DNA of 63,618 bases, filler included. It is 6 parts of 6 records of this genome, joined end to end, with 100 filler letters (N's around TTAATTAATTAA, not from the genome) between each part and the next. Parts side by side here need not be neighbours in the genome. Positions count along the whole stretch, not along the records: positions 15,403 to 37,821 come from SRR9188677_84; positions 37,922 to 48,616 come from SRR9188677_89; 4 more parts are not named here. One strand, 5' to 3'. The notes below the pieces were generated by a model. The model made no database searches. It was not told the DNA's origin and saw only the letters and a list, made by a program, of their open reading frames with translations. The position numbers and the translations under genes are program-made. This document shows positions 28,990 through 39,487 of the stretch, piece by piece. Numbering within the stretch: the stretch's first letter is position 1; each line of letters begins with the position of its first letter.

Positions 28990-30459
28990 ATGAAAAAATT
29001 GACCGGTTTTCTTACCCTCTTTTCGTTGTTAAGTATTTCTTCCCTTTCTGCTCAGGAAAAACCTGAATGGAAATCGATCTTCACCCGTATTAACCAGGAA
29101 GTATTAACACATTCTAAAGCGTATAGCAGCCTTCAAACAGCTACCAGCACTATCGGCCATCGGTTAACCGGATCGGCCAACGGTAAAAAAGCAGAAGAGT
29201 TTGCTTATAACCTGTTGAAGTCTTATGGTTTTACCAACCTCCGTTACCAGCCTTTTGAAGTAGAGAGCTGGAGCCGGGGAACCATTCGTGTGCAGATGGG
29301 TAGCGATCTTTCTAACCTGCAGGATGTAAAATCTGTATCGCTGGCACATTCGCCGGTTAAAGCAGACGTAAGCCTGGAAGTGGTGGATATGGGTAATGGA
29401 CTGGAAGAAGACTATGCAGCCGCTCCCGACAAAGTAAAGGGGAAAATAGCACTGGTATATCTCGGTGTATTGCCCGGTTCAAAAGCCGGTACCAAATCTT
29501 TACACCGTTCCGAAAAAACAGCGATTGCTACAAAATATGGCGCCAAAGGCATGATCATCATCAATACAGCTACCGGGGGCATTCTTTTAACAGGAACCGC
29601 TTCTGTAACCGGGAAACTGATTCCGATACCGGCAGTCTGTATCGGTAAAGAAGACGGTATGGCATGGAAAGAAAAACTGAAAACAGGGAAATTATTCAGC
29701 CATATCCGTCTCACTAATTTCTCCGGTATGATCAAAGCCCGGAATGTGATTGCCACCATCAAGGGCAAATCATTATCGAAAGAAAAAGTGATTGTTGGCG
29801 GACACCTGGATAGCTGGGATCTGGCCACCGGTGCCATAGACAATGGTATCGGATCTTTCTCTGTATTGGATATGGCCAGAACCTTTATGGCACTGAAACT
29901 GCAACCCGAAAGAACGGTTGAGTTCGTGATGTTTATGGGTGAAGAGCAGGGCCTGCTGGGTTCAAGGGCTTATGTGGAAGCGGCTACGAAAGATAAAAGC
30001 ATTGATCAGATCCGTTATATGCTGAACTATGATATGACCAATGACCCTAAGGGATATTCCACCAGTGCAGAAGAAAGCAAGGAGCTTTTCCAGTCGATCG
30101 GCTCCATTGCCAATGCTTTGGATACTACTTTCAAAAATACCTTCCGCAGCGGAGCCGGATTACATAGCGATCACCAACCCTTCATGTTGCATGGTGTACC
30201 AACTGGTGGTGGCGCGGGTGGCACACTGCCCAACAATTCCGGCCCCTGCTACCATGCAGATTGTGATGGGTTTAACCTGGTAGACGAAATGGGGTTGAAG
30301 AATACGGTACGTTTTAGTGCCATGTTGCTATATGGAATTGCTGATTCGAAAGAGATTAAGGCCAAACATTTTTCTGATGAAGAAACCCGGATCTTTCTGA
30401 TCAAGAATAACCTGAAAGAGCCTTTGCAGATTGCAGGTGACTGGAGATGGAAGGACTAA
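28990..30459 (+). CDS. M28 family peptidase (carboxypeptidase Q-like) with PA domain
   Basis: GGHLDSWD, GAIDNG, GEEQGLLGS, SDH and YH motifs. Confidence 0.9.
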   Translation: MKKLTGFLTLFSLLSISSLSAQEKPEWKSIFTRINQEVLTHSKAYSSLQTATSTIGHRLTGSANGKKAEEFAYNLLKSYGFTNLRYQPFEVESWSRGTIRVQMGSDLSNLQDVKSVSLAHSPVKADVSLEVVDMGNGLEEDYAAAPDKVKGKIALVYLGVLPGSKAGTKSLHRSEKTAIATKYGAKGMIIINTATGGILLTGTASVTGKLIPIPAVCIGKEDGMAWKEKLKTGKLFSHIRLTNFSGMIKARNVIATIKGKSLSKEKVIVGGHLDSWDLATGAIDNGIGSFSVLDMARTFMALKLQPERTVEFVMFMGEEQGLLGSRAYVEAATKDKSIDQIRYMLNYDMTNDPKGYSTSAEESKELFQSIGSIANALDTTFKNTFRSGAGLHSDHQPFMLHGVPTGGGAGGTLPNNSGPCYHADCDGFNLVDEMGLKNTVRFSAMLLYGIADSKEIKAKHFSDEETRIFLIKNNLKEPLQIAGDWRWKD

Positions 30460-30530
30460 TTCAAATAATTATCGCAGACAAAAGAAAAGAGCCGCAGCAT
30501 TAATTCCTGCGGCTCTTTTCTTTTGTCTCT

Positions 30531-31169
30531 TTACCGGATAGTCTTTTTCCTCTTCTCCCATTGTTGCTGAACAACCATGGATAACAATACGGTAAATAGT
30601 GCAGTCATCATTCCACCGCCTACATCCAGTGGAAAATGCTGGGCCAGGTAAATGCGTGAGTATCCCACACATAGTGCGCATACAAAACCAACCGGCACAA
30701 ACCATCTGTATGGAATCAGTAAACAACCCAGCAGGAAAATGGTGAAAGCCGTTCCTGTATGTCCCGAAGGGAAGCTGAAGGCAGTATGCAATTCTACCCC
30801 CCTTACTGTATGGATTGCCGCGATATCAGCGATAGCTGCTGTTGGTCTGGGTGATGCAGGAAAAATTAAATTCTTGCAACCCTGGGTAATGAATGTTGAA
30901 TAGAATATGGCAGCCAGTAACAGCGGAAATTGTTTTCTACGGTATAGCCAGCATAATACGGCTACAGGTACCCAGATGGCACCATCGCCGAGATAGGTCC
31001 AGTAATGAAAAAAAACATCCGCATTGGTGCCCAAATCTGTATTCAGCATCAGAAAGAAAAGATTTTTGCCTACTACCCATGAGTTAACCAGCAAAAAAAG
31101 AGAAGCGATCAGGGTAAGAAGAAAACCGATCAGAAAATTCCGGTTAGGAAAAGGGGAGGAACTGTACAT
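30531..31169 (-). CDS. PAP2-family phosphatase
   Basis: K..PRP, SFPSGH and SRIYLAQHFPLDV motifs. Confidence 0.92.
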   Translation of the reverse strand: MYSSSPFPNRNFLIGFLLTLIASLFLLVNSWVVGKNLFFLMLNTDLGTNADVFFHYWTYLGDGAIWVPVAVLCWLYRRKQFPLLLAAIFYSTFITQGCKNLIFPASPRPTAAIADIAAIHTVRGVELHTAFSFPSGHTGTAFTIFLLGCLLIPYRWFVPVGFVCALCVGYSRIYLAQHFPLDVGGGMMTALFTVLLSMVVQQQWEKRKKTIR

Positions 31170-31277
31170 ACAGCGAATGGTTTTGACAAATTTACTGATT
31201 GCCGCCGGTAAAATACACCAAAAGCCCCGTCTGGATAGACGGGGCCATACTAAAAACCATATAAGTACAAAAAAATA

Positions 31278-32534
31278 TCAGGCGATGCCCGCCAGTTCAA
31301 GACTTCTTTTTTTCAGGTTAATGATATCGAGGTTATCGATGATCGGTTCATTGGTAAGGATCAGTGAACTGCCATTTTCTCTCCACCAGTTACTTTCTTT
31401 CAACTGTTTCACATGTAATACACCGATCAGGTATTTTCTCTCCGCTTCGGCATGCCATTCTTCTATCCATTCAAATTTTTCGCGGGGAATATATTTCCAG
31501 TCATCAAAACTGATATACACTTTCAGGTAGTAGTCGTGGGTCAGTTCATTGGGTGTATGATGGTATAACTTCTTGTATTCATACCGGTAATCATATCGCA
31601 AGGCACTGATATCGCTCAATACAGCCGATGCTGTAGGGAAACTGCCGGCACCTTTTCCATAAAAAAATTGTTTATCAGAAAAGCCACTTTCTATTACTAC
31701 GCCATTGTATTCATTTTTGACAAATGATAAAGGTTCGTTCAGTTTCACAAACTGTGGCAGTACAAAAGCCGCTACTTTACCATTCTTCAATTTCTGCGCC
31801 TGGGCTATCAGTTTGATGTCGAGATTCTTTTCTTTGGCCACTACCGCATCCTGTAACTGGATATTCTGAATGCCGCTGAAGAGAATATTATCCGGATGCT
31901 CCACAATGCCATACGCATGGTTCAGCAGTATGGTCCATTTGTTTACGGCGTCATAGCCTTCCACATCCAGCTTGGGATTGCTTTCGGCAAATCCCAGCTG
32001 CTGTGCCAGCAGCAAGGCTTCCTGGAAATCCAGTCTGTCTTCAAACATTTTGGTCAGGATAAAATTGGTGGAACCATTTACAATGGCTTTGATGGAATGC
32101 AGCAGGTCATTGTCATAATATTCTTCCAGGTTCCTGATCACGGGGATGGATGCACAGGCGGCTGCTTCGCAGAGAAAAGGAAGACCGGTTTCCTGTTGCA
32201 ATGCCAGAATTTCGGGCAGGTGTTCCGCGATCATTTTTTTACTGGCGCTTACCACCGCTTTGCCGTTACGCAGAGCAATCGAAACAATCTCAAACGCCGC
32301 ATTGGCATCATCAATTACTTCTACTACTACATTAATACTTTCATCCTGTAAAATCTCATCCCTTTCGGTTGTGAACAGGGATGCCGGGGCATTCCGCTGT
32401 TTCCCCGGATTTTTGATACATACTTTTTTGATAGTGGCCTGTAAGGAAGGTGTTTGCTGTAATACTTTGTATAAACCTTCGCCTACTACGCCAAACCCGA
32501 ATAATCCGATTGTTAACTGTTTGTGTGTTTCCAT
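31278..32534 (-). CDS. hom: Homoserine dehydrogenase
   Basis: GFGVVG Rossmann motif; NGSTNFIL; GFAESNP.LDVEGYD; GKGAG..PTASAV. Confidence 0.92.
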   Translation of the reverse strand: METHKQLTIGLFGFGVVGEGLYKVLQQTPSLQATIKKVCIKNPGKQRNAPASLFTTERDEILQDESINVVVEVIDDANAAFEIVSIALRNGKAVVSASKKMIAEHLPEILALQQETGLPFLCEAAACASIPVIRNLEEYYDNDLLHSIKAIVNGSTNFILTKMFEDRLDFQEALLLAQQLGFAESNPKLDVEGYDAVNKWTILLNHAYGIVEHPDNILFSGIQNIQLQDAVVAKEKNLDIKLIAQAQKLKNGKVAAFVLPQFVKLNEPLSFVKNEYNGVVIESGFSDKQFFYGKGAGSFPTASAVLSDISALRYDYRYEYKKLYHHTPNELTHDYYLKVYISFDDWKYIPREKFEWIEEWHAEAERKYLIGVLHVKQLKESNWWRENGSSLILTNEPIIDNLDIINLKKRSLELAGIA

Positions 32535-32573
32535 AATGGTGGTGCTGTTTCTACTTTAAATTAGCTATATGTC

Positions 32574-33746
32574 TTATGCCTGTTGTAAAACCTGTTTTGT
32601 GTGCTGAATAGCGATAAATGCCTGTTCCAGATCTGCTAACAGATCTTCTGCCTCTTCCAGTCCGATCGATAAACGTACCAGACTATCCTGTACACCTGCT
32701 GATCTTCTTTTTGCTGCAGGAATAGATTTGTGTGTCATGTTTGCCGGATGTGAGATCAGGCTTTTAATACCTCCCAGGCTTTCTGCCAGTTTGAAGAGTT
32801 TGGTTTTGGTAACCAGTTGTACAGCCGCTTCTTCCGTATCATTCTTTAACGTAAAAGAGATAATCCCACCAAAACCTTTTGCCTGTTTTTTAGCAATGTC
32901 GTGGTTCGGATGTGTTGTTAAACCGGGATAAAATACTTTGTCTACGAGCGGATGTTCTGTCAGGTATTCTGCAATGGTTTGTGCGCTGGCACAATGTTGT
33001 TTTACACGCAGGTGCAGGGTTTCTATTCCACGGATCACCAGCCAGCTGTCGAATGGCCCCAGAATATTACCGCAGGCATTTTGCAGGTACTTGATCTTTG
33101 CGCCAAGCTCAGCATCTTTGGTTACCACCAGACCGGCAATCAGATCGCTATGTCCGCCCAGGTATTTGGTGGCGCTGTGTATCACAATATCGGCGCCCAG
33201 GGCCAGCGGTTGTTGTAATACCGGCGATGCAAATGTATTGTCTACACAGAGTAAACAATTCTGGGCTTTGGCCAGTTTGGCGATGGCTTCAATATCTGAG
33301 ATCTTGAGTGTTGGATTGGTAGGCGTTTCGAGCCAGATCAGTTTGGTTTGCGGGGTAATGGCATCGAGCAGATTGGTTACGTTGGAAGTGTCTACATATT
33401 TCACTTTGATCCCGAACTTCTCATATACATTCGTGAACAGGCGAAAAGCGCCGCCATAAATATCATCCACTGCCAGGATCTCATCGCCTGTTTGCAAGAG
33501 TTTTACGATCGCATCAATGGCTGCCAGTCCGCTCGCGAAAGCGAGACCCACGGTTCCTTTTTCCAGTTGCGCAATCAACTGCTCCAGTGTAGCACGTGTT
33601 GGATTGCCACTGCGGGCATAATCATATCCTTTGTTCACACCAGGTGCCTCCTGTACAAAAGTGGAAGTCTGGTAAATGGGAACCGAAATGGCTCCTGTTA
33701 ATGGGTCTACCGGAATGCTGTGGATCAGTTCTGTGGCTGTACTCAT
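32574..33746 (-). CDS. Cystathionine gamma-synthase/lyase (trans-sulfuration PLP enzyme)
   Basis: PIYQTSTF, YARSGNPT, ETPTNP, DNTF, HSATKYLGGHSD, AESLGG; under a SAM riboswitch. Confidence 0.93.
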   Translation of the reverse strand: MSTATELIHSIPVDPLTGAISVPIYQTSTFVQEAPGVNKGYDYARSGNPTRATLEQLIAQLEKGTVGLAFASGLAAIDAIVKLLQTGDEILAVDDIYGGAFRLFTNVYEKFGIKVKYVDTSNVTNLLDAITPQTKLIWLETPTNPTLKISDIEAIAKLAKAQNCLLCVDNTFASPVLQQPLALGADIVIHSATKYLGGHSDLIAGLVVTKDAELGAKIKYLQNACGNILGPFDSWLVIRGIETLHLRVKQHCASAQTIAEYLTEHPLVDKVFYPGLTTHPNHDIAKKQAKGFGGIISFTLKNDTEEAAVQLVTKTKLFKLAESLGGIKSLISHPANMTHKSIPAAKRRSAGVQDSLVRLSIGLEEAEDLLADLEQAFIAIQHTKQVLQQA

Positions 33747-33894
33747 TGTTAATCAGTTTGCCCCCGGCGCTTGTAATAAGTAGCCGGAGAGGTGTAGAAT
33801 GTTGTAAAAATTCTATTCAACACTTAACAAGAGAAGCGAGCAGGAACTTACCGGATAAACTTTCATCGCAGATTGCCCGTTGGGTAAACTGTAT

Positions 33895-33927
33895 AAAAAA
33901 AGCTCATCCGGTAAGTCAGATGAGCTT
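33895..33927 (-). terminator. Riboswitch expression-platform terminator
   Basis: Minus strand AAGCTCATCTGACTTACCGGATGAGCTTTTTT; its CTGACTTA is complementary to TAAGTCAG at the aptamer 3' end (antiterminator). Confidence 0.8.
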
Positions 33928-33975
33928 GAATATGGTATACCACCTGGGTGGATCAAATACAAACTATTACTCTGA

Positions 33976-34090
33976 CTTATCTTTTCCCGCCTTACGACGG
34001 GATCGGAGTTGGCACCTTCATACAACTGAGTGAGATGTATGGGTTGCCAAGGCTTCATCGGGCCAAATTCCCTCTGCCTTTCTTGATAAG
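33976..34090 (-). ncRNA. SAM-I (S-box) riboswitch
   Basis: Minus strand CTTATCAAGAAAGGCAGAGGGA...GGCCCGATGAAGCCTTGGCAAC...AAGGTGCCAACTCC...AAAGATAAG; upstream of methionine genes. Confidence 0.95.
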
Positions 34091-34208
34091 TATTCTAAAG
34101 AACTGCTGCAAATATAAGGGCAGGGATTTCAGATTTCCAAAATAAAAGTCTACTTATTTTGTAGAAATATGCCTTCTTTTCAATGACAACAAGGGTTTCG
34201 GGGCAAAA

Positions 34209-34793
34209 TTATTTTTTTCTGGGGCCGAAAGTTTTATATACCCCTAACCGTAAACCGGTTACTGCGGCGTTCAGGTCTACCGCTACTTTCCGGCCAAAAT
34301 AAGCGAACCCGATGCCAATGGTGCCTTTTACATCCGTATAACTGTCTGAAGATTGTATGGTGCCGCCCTGATTTTTGTTTTTGTAAAAACGCTGCACATT
34401 GGCAAATTCGATGGCTGCGAGGCCATATCCCTTCCATTTCTTATTCTTTGTGATATCGAGGTAGAGACGTGTAAAAGGGGCCACACCAAAATCATACGAA
34501 TTGTGTATATCGGTACCAGCGCCTGTATACGGAGGCGTTCTCCGATCATGCCAGAAGCCCAATGTGGCTTGTCCGCCAATTACCCAGTTGCGATCAACGG
34601 CCCAGCCCATGGTAGGTACCAGATTTAACCCATAGGTACTGCTTGTGCTACCAAGGGAAAATTCGGGCAGGGTAGTAAAAATATCACCAATCATCAGGTT
34701 GGTCTGGAGGCCAACAATACGGCTTCCTTTTTCCAGTTGTGCCTGGCAATGAATGCATAAGCATACAGCCATGAGTAGAAACAAGTTTTTCAT
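34209..34793 (-). CDS. Probable outer-membrane beta-barrel protein
   Basis: Signal peptide ..AQLEKG; alternating beta-strand pattern (PTMGWAV, FGVAPFTRLY). Confidence 0.6.
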   Translation of the reverse strand: MKNLFLLMAVCLCIHCQAQLEKGSRIVGLQTNLMIGDIFTTLPEFSLGSTSSTYGLNLVPTMGWAVDRNWVIGGQATLGFWHDRRTPPYTGAGTDIHNSYDFGVAPFTRLYLDITKNKKWKGYGLAAIEFANVQRFYKNKNQGGTIQSSDSYTDVKGTIGIGFAYFGRKVAVDLNAAVTGLRLGVYKTFGPRKK

Positions 34794-34919
34794 GAGCAGG
34801 ATTTATATAAAATAAAACAAATATGATGCCAGAACTGTCTTATTTGCTGCATCACCCATATAATTTAAACAAGCAGGCTTTTTGAATGTTAGTACATTTG
34901 ACCCTCATCATCTCCGTTC

Positions 34920-37796
34920 ATGGCTAAGCAAGTAAGCAGGAAAAAACAAACAGAAGAAATTATACCTACCGAAGAAAGAATTGAAGTGTTTGGTGCCCGT
35001 GAGCATAACCTCAAGAACATTGATATTTCCATTCCCAAGAACAAACTGGTGGTTTTTACCGGTGTAAGCGGCAGCGGAAAATCTTCGCTGGCATTTGATA
35101 CCATTTATAACGAAGGACAGCGCCGCTACATGGAAAGTTTCAGCGCGTATGCCCGTCAGTTTATGGGCGATATGGAGCGACCGGATGTAGACAAGATCAC
35201 CGGTTTGTCGCCGGTCATTTCCATCGAACAGAAAACCACCAATAAAAACCCCCGCTCTACCGTAGGTACCGTTACCGAAGTATATGATTTTCTGCGTTTG
35301 CTGTTTGCCCGCATTGGCGAAGCCTATAGTTATAAAACGGGCAAGAAAATGATCAAGTTCAGTGAGGAGGAAATTGTAGAAAATATTTTCGCCAAATTCA
35401 GGAACAAAAAAATCAGTCTGCTGGCACCCCTGATCCGGGGCCGTAAAGGACATTACCGGGAACTCTTTGAAGATATCCGAAAAAAGGGGTTCTTAAAAGT
35501 GAGGGTAGATGGTGAAGTGATGGATCTTACTCCCAAACTGCAGGTTGATCGTTACAAGATCCACGATATTGAAGTGGTGATTGACCGGCTGCAGGTAACG
35601 GATGATATGAAAGTGCGATTGAGCCAGAGCATCCAGCAAACCCTGAAAATGGGAAAAGACCTGATGTTTCTGTTACTGAATGATTCCAATAAAACCGTAC
35701 AGTATTCCAAACAGTTGATGTGTGAGGATACGGGTATCAGCTACGAAGAACCCTCACCCAACGCGTTTTCATTTAATTCACCATATGGTGCCTGCCCTAC
35801 CTGTAAAGGATTGGGTAATGTGTACAGCATCAGTATGGAAGCCATCATCCCAGATCCCAAATTGAGTATCAAGGAAGGCGGTATTGTTCCATTGGGCGAA
35901 CAGCGCGATGCATATATGTACAGAAATGTGGAAGTGCTGGCAAAAAAAAATAAGATCAGTCTGGATAAACCGATCAAAGATTTATCGGCTGCTTCTTTAA
36001 ACATCCTGCTCTATGGCAATGCAGAAGGCAGTTCACTGGAGATCGGTGATATGGAAGAGGATGTGGCCGGCCAGCCTTATGAAGGAGAGTTTGAAGGAAT
36101 TGTACCCATGCTGAAACGCTGGTTCTCGGGTACGAACAGCAGCGAAACTTTGCGCGAGTGGGTAGAAAAGTTTATGGAGCTGAAAACCTGTACCAGCTGC
36201 AATGGAGCCCGATTAAAACAGGAAAGTTGCTGGTTTAAAGTAGATGAAAAAAATATTGCTGAACTCAGTAATCTTAATCTCGATAAACTATATGCCTGGT
36301 TTGAAACGATTGAGAAAAGGTTATCCAAAAAGCAGAATGCCATTGCCAAAGATATCCTGAAAGAGATCCGTGAGCGGGTGCAGTTTCTGCTGGATGTGGG
36401 GCTCACTTATCTTTCTCTCAACCGCCCTTCCCGCAGTTTAAGCGGGGGCGAATCGCAGCGGATCCGTTTGGCTACACAGATCGGTTCGCAGTTACAGGGT
36501 ATTACGTATATTCTCGATGAACCCTCTATTGGGTTACACCAGCGCGATAATCACCAGTTGATACTGGCCTTACAGAACCTCCGCGATATTGGTAACAGCG
36601 TACTGGTAGTAGAGCATGATAAAGATATTATGATGGCCGCCGATCACCTGGTGGATATTGGTCCCAAAGCCGGCATGTATGGCGGACATATTGTAGCCGC
36701 CGGTACCCCCGAACAGGTATTACGCAGCGGATCCGAAACAGCGCTTTACTTAAGCGGAAAGAAAAAAATTGAAATTCCTTTGCAACGTCGCCCGGGTAAT
36801 GGCAAACAACTGGAATTAAAAGGTGCCAAAGGAAACAACCTGAAAAAAGTAGATGTTGTTTTTCCATTGGGTAAACTGATTGTAGTAAGTGGTGTAAGCG
36901 GCAGTGGTAAATCCACCCTCATCAATGAAACGCTGTATCCCATTCTCTCTAAACATTGTTATAATAGCCGGGTAACACCGATGCCTTTCACCAGTATTAA
37001 GGGACTCGAAAATGTTGATAAAGTAATTGAGATAGATCAGTCGCCCATTGGCCGAACTCCCAGAAGTAATCCGGCTACCTATTGTGGATTTTTTACCGAG
37101 ATCCGTACCCTGTTTGCAGCCATACCCGAAGCCAAGATCCGCGGATACAATGCCGGCCGTTTTTCCTTCAATGTAAAAGGAGGCCGCTGCGATGTTTGTG
37201 AAGGCGGTGGTATGCGGGTGATTGAAATGAATTTTTTACCCGATGTATATGTGCACTGCGAAAAATGCAACGGCAAGCGGTATAACCGCGAAACACTGGA
37301 GATCCGCTACAAAGGAAAATCCATCAGCGATGTATTGAATATGTCGGTGGATGAAGCCTGCGAATTTTTCCAGCCCATCAACTACCTGTACCGCAAGATC
37401 AAAGTGTTACAGGATGTAGGGCTGGGTTATATCACTTTAGGACAATCTGCCGTAACCTTAAGCGGGGGCGAAGCACAACGGGTAAAACTGGCCACAGAAC
37501 TGAGTAAAAAAGATACCGGTAAAACTTTTTATATCCTTGACGAGCCCACCACAGGACTGCATTTTCAGGATATACAGCACCTGCTGGATGTACTTAATAA
37601 GCTGGTAGACAGAGGTAATACTGTTCTGGTAATTGAACACAACCTGGATGTAGTAAAAGTAGCTGATCATATCATCGACCTCGGCCCCGAAGGTGGCGAT
37701 GGTGGTGGAACCATCTTATTCGAAGGTATTCCCGAAAAAATGATCCATATCACCAAAAGCCATACGGCGAGGTTTTTGAAGATGGAGATGAAATAA
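34920..37796 (+). CDS. uvrA: Excinuclease ABC subunit A
   Basis: GAREHNLKN, two GVSGSGKS P-loops, LSGGESQRIRLATQIG, Zn fingers. Confidence 0.98.
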   Translation: MAKQVSRKKQTEEIIPTEERIEVFGAREHNLKNIDISIPKNKLVVFTGVSGSGKSSLAFDTIYNEGQRRYMESFSAYARQFMGDMERPDVDKITGLSPVISIEQKTTNKNPRSTVGTVTEVYDFLRLLFARIGEAYSYKTGKKMIKFSEEEIVENIFAKFRNKKISLLAPLIRGRKGHYRELFEDIRKKGFLKVRVDGEVMDLTPKLQVDRYKIHDIEVVIDRLQVTDDMKVRLSQSIQQTLKMGKDLMFLLLNDSNKTVQYSKQLMCEDTGISYEEPSPNAFSFNSPYGACPTCKGLGNVYSISMEAIIPDPKLSIKEGGIVPLGEQRDAYMYRNVEVLAKKNKISLDKPIKDLSAASLNILLYGNAEGSSLEIGDMEEDVAGQPYEGEFEGIVPMLKRWFSGTNSSETLREWVEKFMELKTCTSCNGARLKQESCWFKVDEKNIAELSNLNLDKLYAWFETIEKRLSKKQNAIAKDILKEIRERVQFLLDVGLTYLSLNRPSRSLSGGESQRIRLATQIGSQLQGITYILDEPSIGLHQRDNHQLILALQNLRDIGNSVLVVEHDKDIMMAADHLVDIGPKAGMYGGHIVAAGTPEQVLRSGSETALYLSGKKKIEIPLQRRPGNGKQLELKGAKGNNLKKVDVVFPLGKLIVVSGVSGSGKSTLINETLYPILSKHCYNSRVTPMPFTSIKGLENVDKVIEIDQSPIGRTPRSNPATYCGFFTEIRTLFAAIPEAKIRGYNAGRFSFNVKGGRCDVCEGGGMRVIEMNFLPDVYVHCEKCNGKRYNRETLEIRYKGKSISDVLNMSVDEACEFFQPINYLYRKIKVLQDVGLGYITLGQSAVTLSGGEAQRVKLATELSKKDTGKTFYILDEPTTGLHFQDIQHLLDVLNKLVDRGNTVLVIEHNLDVVKVADHIIDLGPEGGDGGGTILFEGIPEKMIHITKSHTARFLKMEMK

Positions 37797-37821
37797 TGAG
37801 TGAATGAGTGGATGAGTGAAT

Positions 37822-37921
37822 NNNNNNNNNNNNNNNNNNNNNNNNNNNNNNNNNNNNNNNNNNNNTTAATTAATTAANNNNNNNNNNNNNNNNNNNNNNN
37901 NNNNNNNNNNNNNNNNNNNNN
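37822..37921. other. Artificial contig spacer
   Basis: N run + TTAATTAATTAA + N run. Confidence 0.98.
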
Positions 37922-38140
37922 GCCTCGCTTCGCTCAAACAGCGGAATTTCAGAAAATGCTTACGCCCAAACTTTATTTGAAATTATATTATAAATATGCA
38001 CTTAAACACACTTGATTTTCTCTCTTTGTAAACTTCATTTTTCTTTTTCAAAAAAAATAAAAAATATTTCATTTCAACTGAGTATGGAGTATTAGGTATC
38101 GGCTATTTCAAGTATAGAGCAAAATAATACAAATTATTCT

Positions 38141-39250
38141 ATGTTAGATTACAGCCAATATACAGCTAATGAATTCGCTTTTGATGCGAGTTTCAGAAAA
38201 TGGGTTTTGAAAAACACATCAACAGAAAGTACTTTCTGGGAAAATTGGCTTGCTCAACATCCTGAAAAGTATGAAACTATTCAACAAGCGAAAGCAATCA
38301 TTGTTGCGCTTAGAAATGTTCAGGAGGAAATCGGAGAAGAAGAAATCGCAGCAGCAATTGCTAAAATTGTAGATATAGCCGAACAACGTAGCATTAAAAA
38401 AGTAAATTTCTGGCAACATTCATCTTTCCGCAAATTAAGTTTGGCGGCTTCCGTATTGTTAGTGACTTTACTTTCTTATGTTGTTTTTGAAAAATTATCC
38501 GAAAAAGAAACACCAACTTACAGTAATTCAGTAGCCAAAGTCGCACAGAAAACGAAATTCATTGAAATAAAAAACACTTCATCAACAAGCAAATTAATTA
38601 CTTTATCCGACGGAAGTTCTGTGGTTTTGCAAGCCGATAGTAAACTAAGTTATCCTGAAAAATTCACGGGTGATACTCGTGAAGTAGTACTTTCTGGAGA
38701 AGCTTTTTTCGAGATTGCTAAAAATCCTAATAAGCCATTTTTTGTTTATGCCAACGAAGTCGTCGCCAAAGTATTAGGAACAAGTTTTACCATCAAAGCT
38801 TTTGAGGACGACAAACAAGTACAAGTATTTGTAAAAACGGGGAAAGTTTCGGTTTTCTCTCAGAAAAATGTAGCGCTCAAAGAACAGCAAGTAAGCAAAG
38901 TGTTAACGGGTTTATTAGTTTTACCAAATCAGCAAGCAACGTTTATTCGTCCGAAATGGCAATTTAAACGAGCTGAATTGACTGCTCCGCAAATCGTCTC
39001 ACTACCTTCAATTCAAAGTCAGAGTTTTGTTTTTAAGAACAAATCAGTACTTGAAGTGTTTGATATTTTAGAAAATGCCTACGGAATTGAGATTGAGTAC
39101 GACAAAACATTAATGGCTTCATGTGAATTAACAGCAGAATTGGGCGACGAGCCACTTTTAGAAAAAATCAACCTTATCTGTGAAGTGCTAGAAGCCAAAT
39201 ATCAAATGAAAGAAGGAAAAATTGTAATTGAAGGAAAAGGATGTAAGTAA
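38141..39250 (+). CDS. FecR-family anti-sigma factor
   Basis: Single TM; LSDGSSVVL; REVVLSGEAFFEIAKN; KVLGTSF; upstream of a SusC with N-terminal extension. Confidence 0.92.
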   Translation: MLDYSQYTANEFAFDASFRKWVLKNTSTESTFWENWLAQHPEKYETIQQAKAIIVALRNVQEEIGEEEIAAAIAKIVDIAEQRSIKKVNFWQHSSFRKLSLAASVLLVTLLSYVVFEKLSEKETPTYSNSVAKVAQKTKFIEIKNTSSTSKLITLSDGSSVVLQADSKLSYPEKFTGDTREVVLSGEAFFEIAKNPNKPFFVYANEVVAKVLGTSFTIKAFEDDKQVQVFVKTGKVSVFSQKNVALKEQQVSKVLTGLLVLPNQQATFIRPKWQFKRAELTAPQIVSLPSIQSQSFVFKNKSVLEVFDILENAYGIEIEYDKTLMASCELTAELGDEPLLEKINLICEVLEAKYQMKEGKIVIEGKGCK

Positions 39251-39487
39251 TCGTCAAATTTAATAGAATCTATTTAAACAATTTCAAAACATAAACAATC
39301 ATCAAACAGTCATTCAAATCAACGTGAAGTAACAAATCAATCAAATTTCGTGTAAAAAAAAGCCGATGATGCTACCAACATCACCGACTTAAATATCCCT
39401 AAAAGTGCTCAAGCTTTTCAACATCAACTATTCATTTGATGCAGGGATTCTTTTGTGTCAGTCGTTCAAAACTAACAATTCAAAATT

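Noticed and set aside
33596-34145. ORFs overlapping the SAM riboswitch leader
   Set aside because: The region is explained by the riboswitch and its terminator; translations lack features
37922-37970. GCCTCGCTTCGCTCAAACAG at the contig start as an IS end
   Set aside because: Resembles a short intergenic repeat but is truncated, single-copy here, and has no transposase
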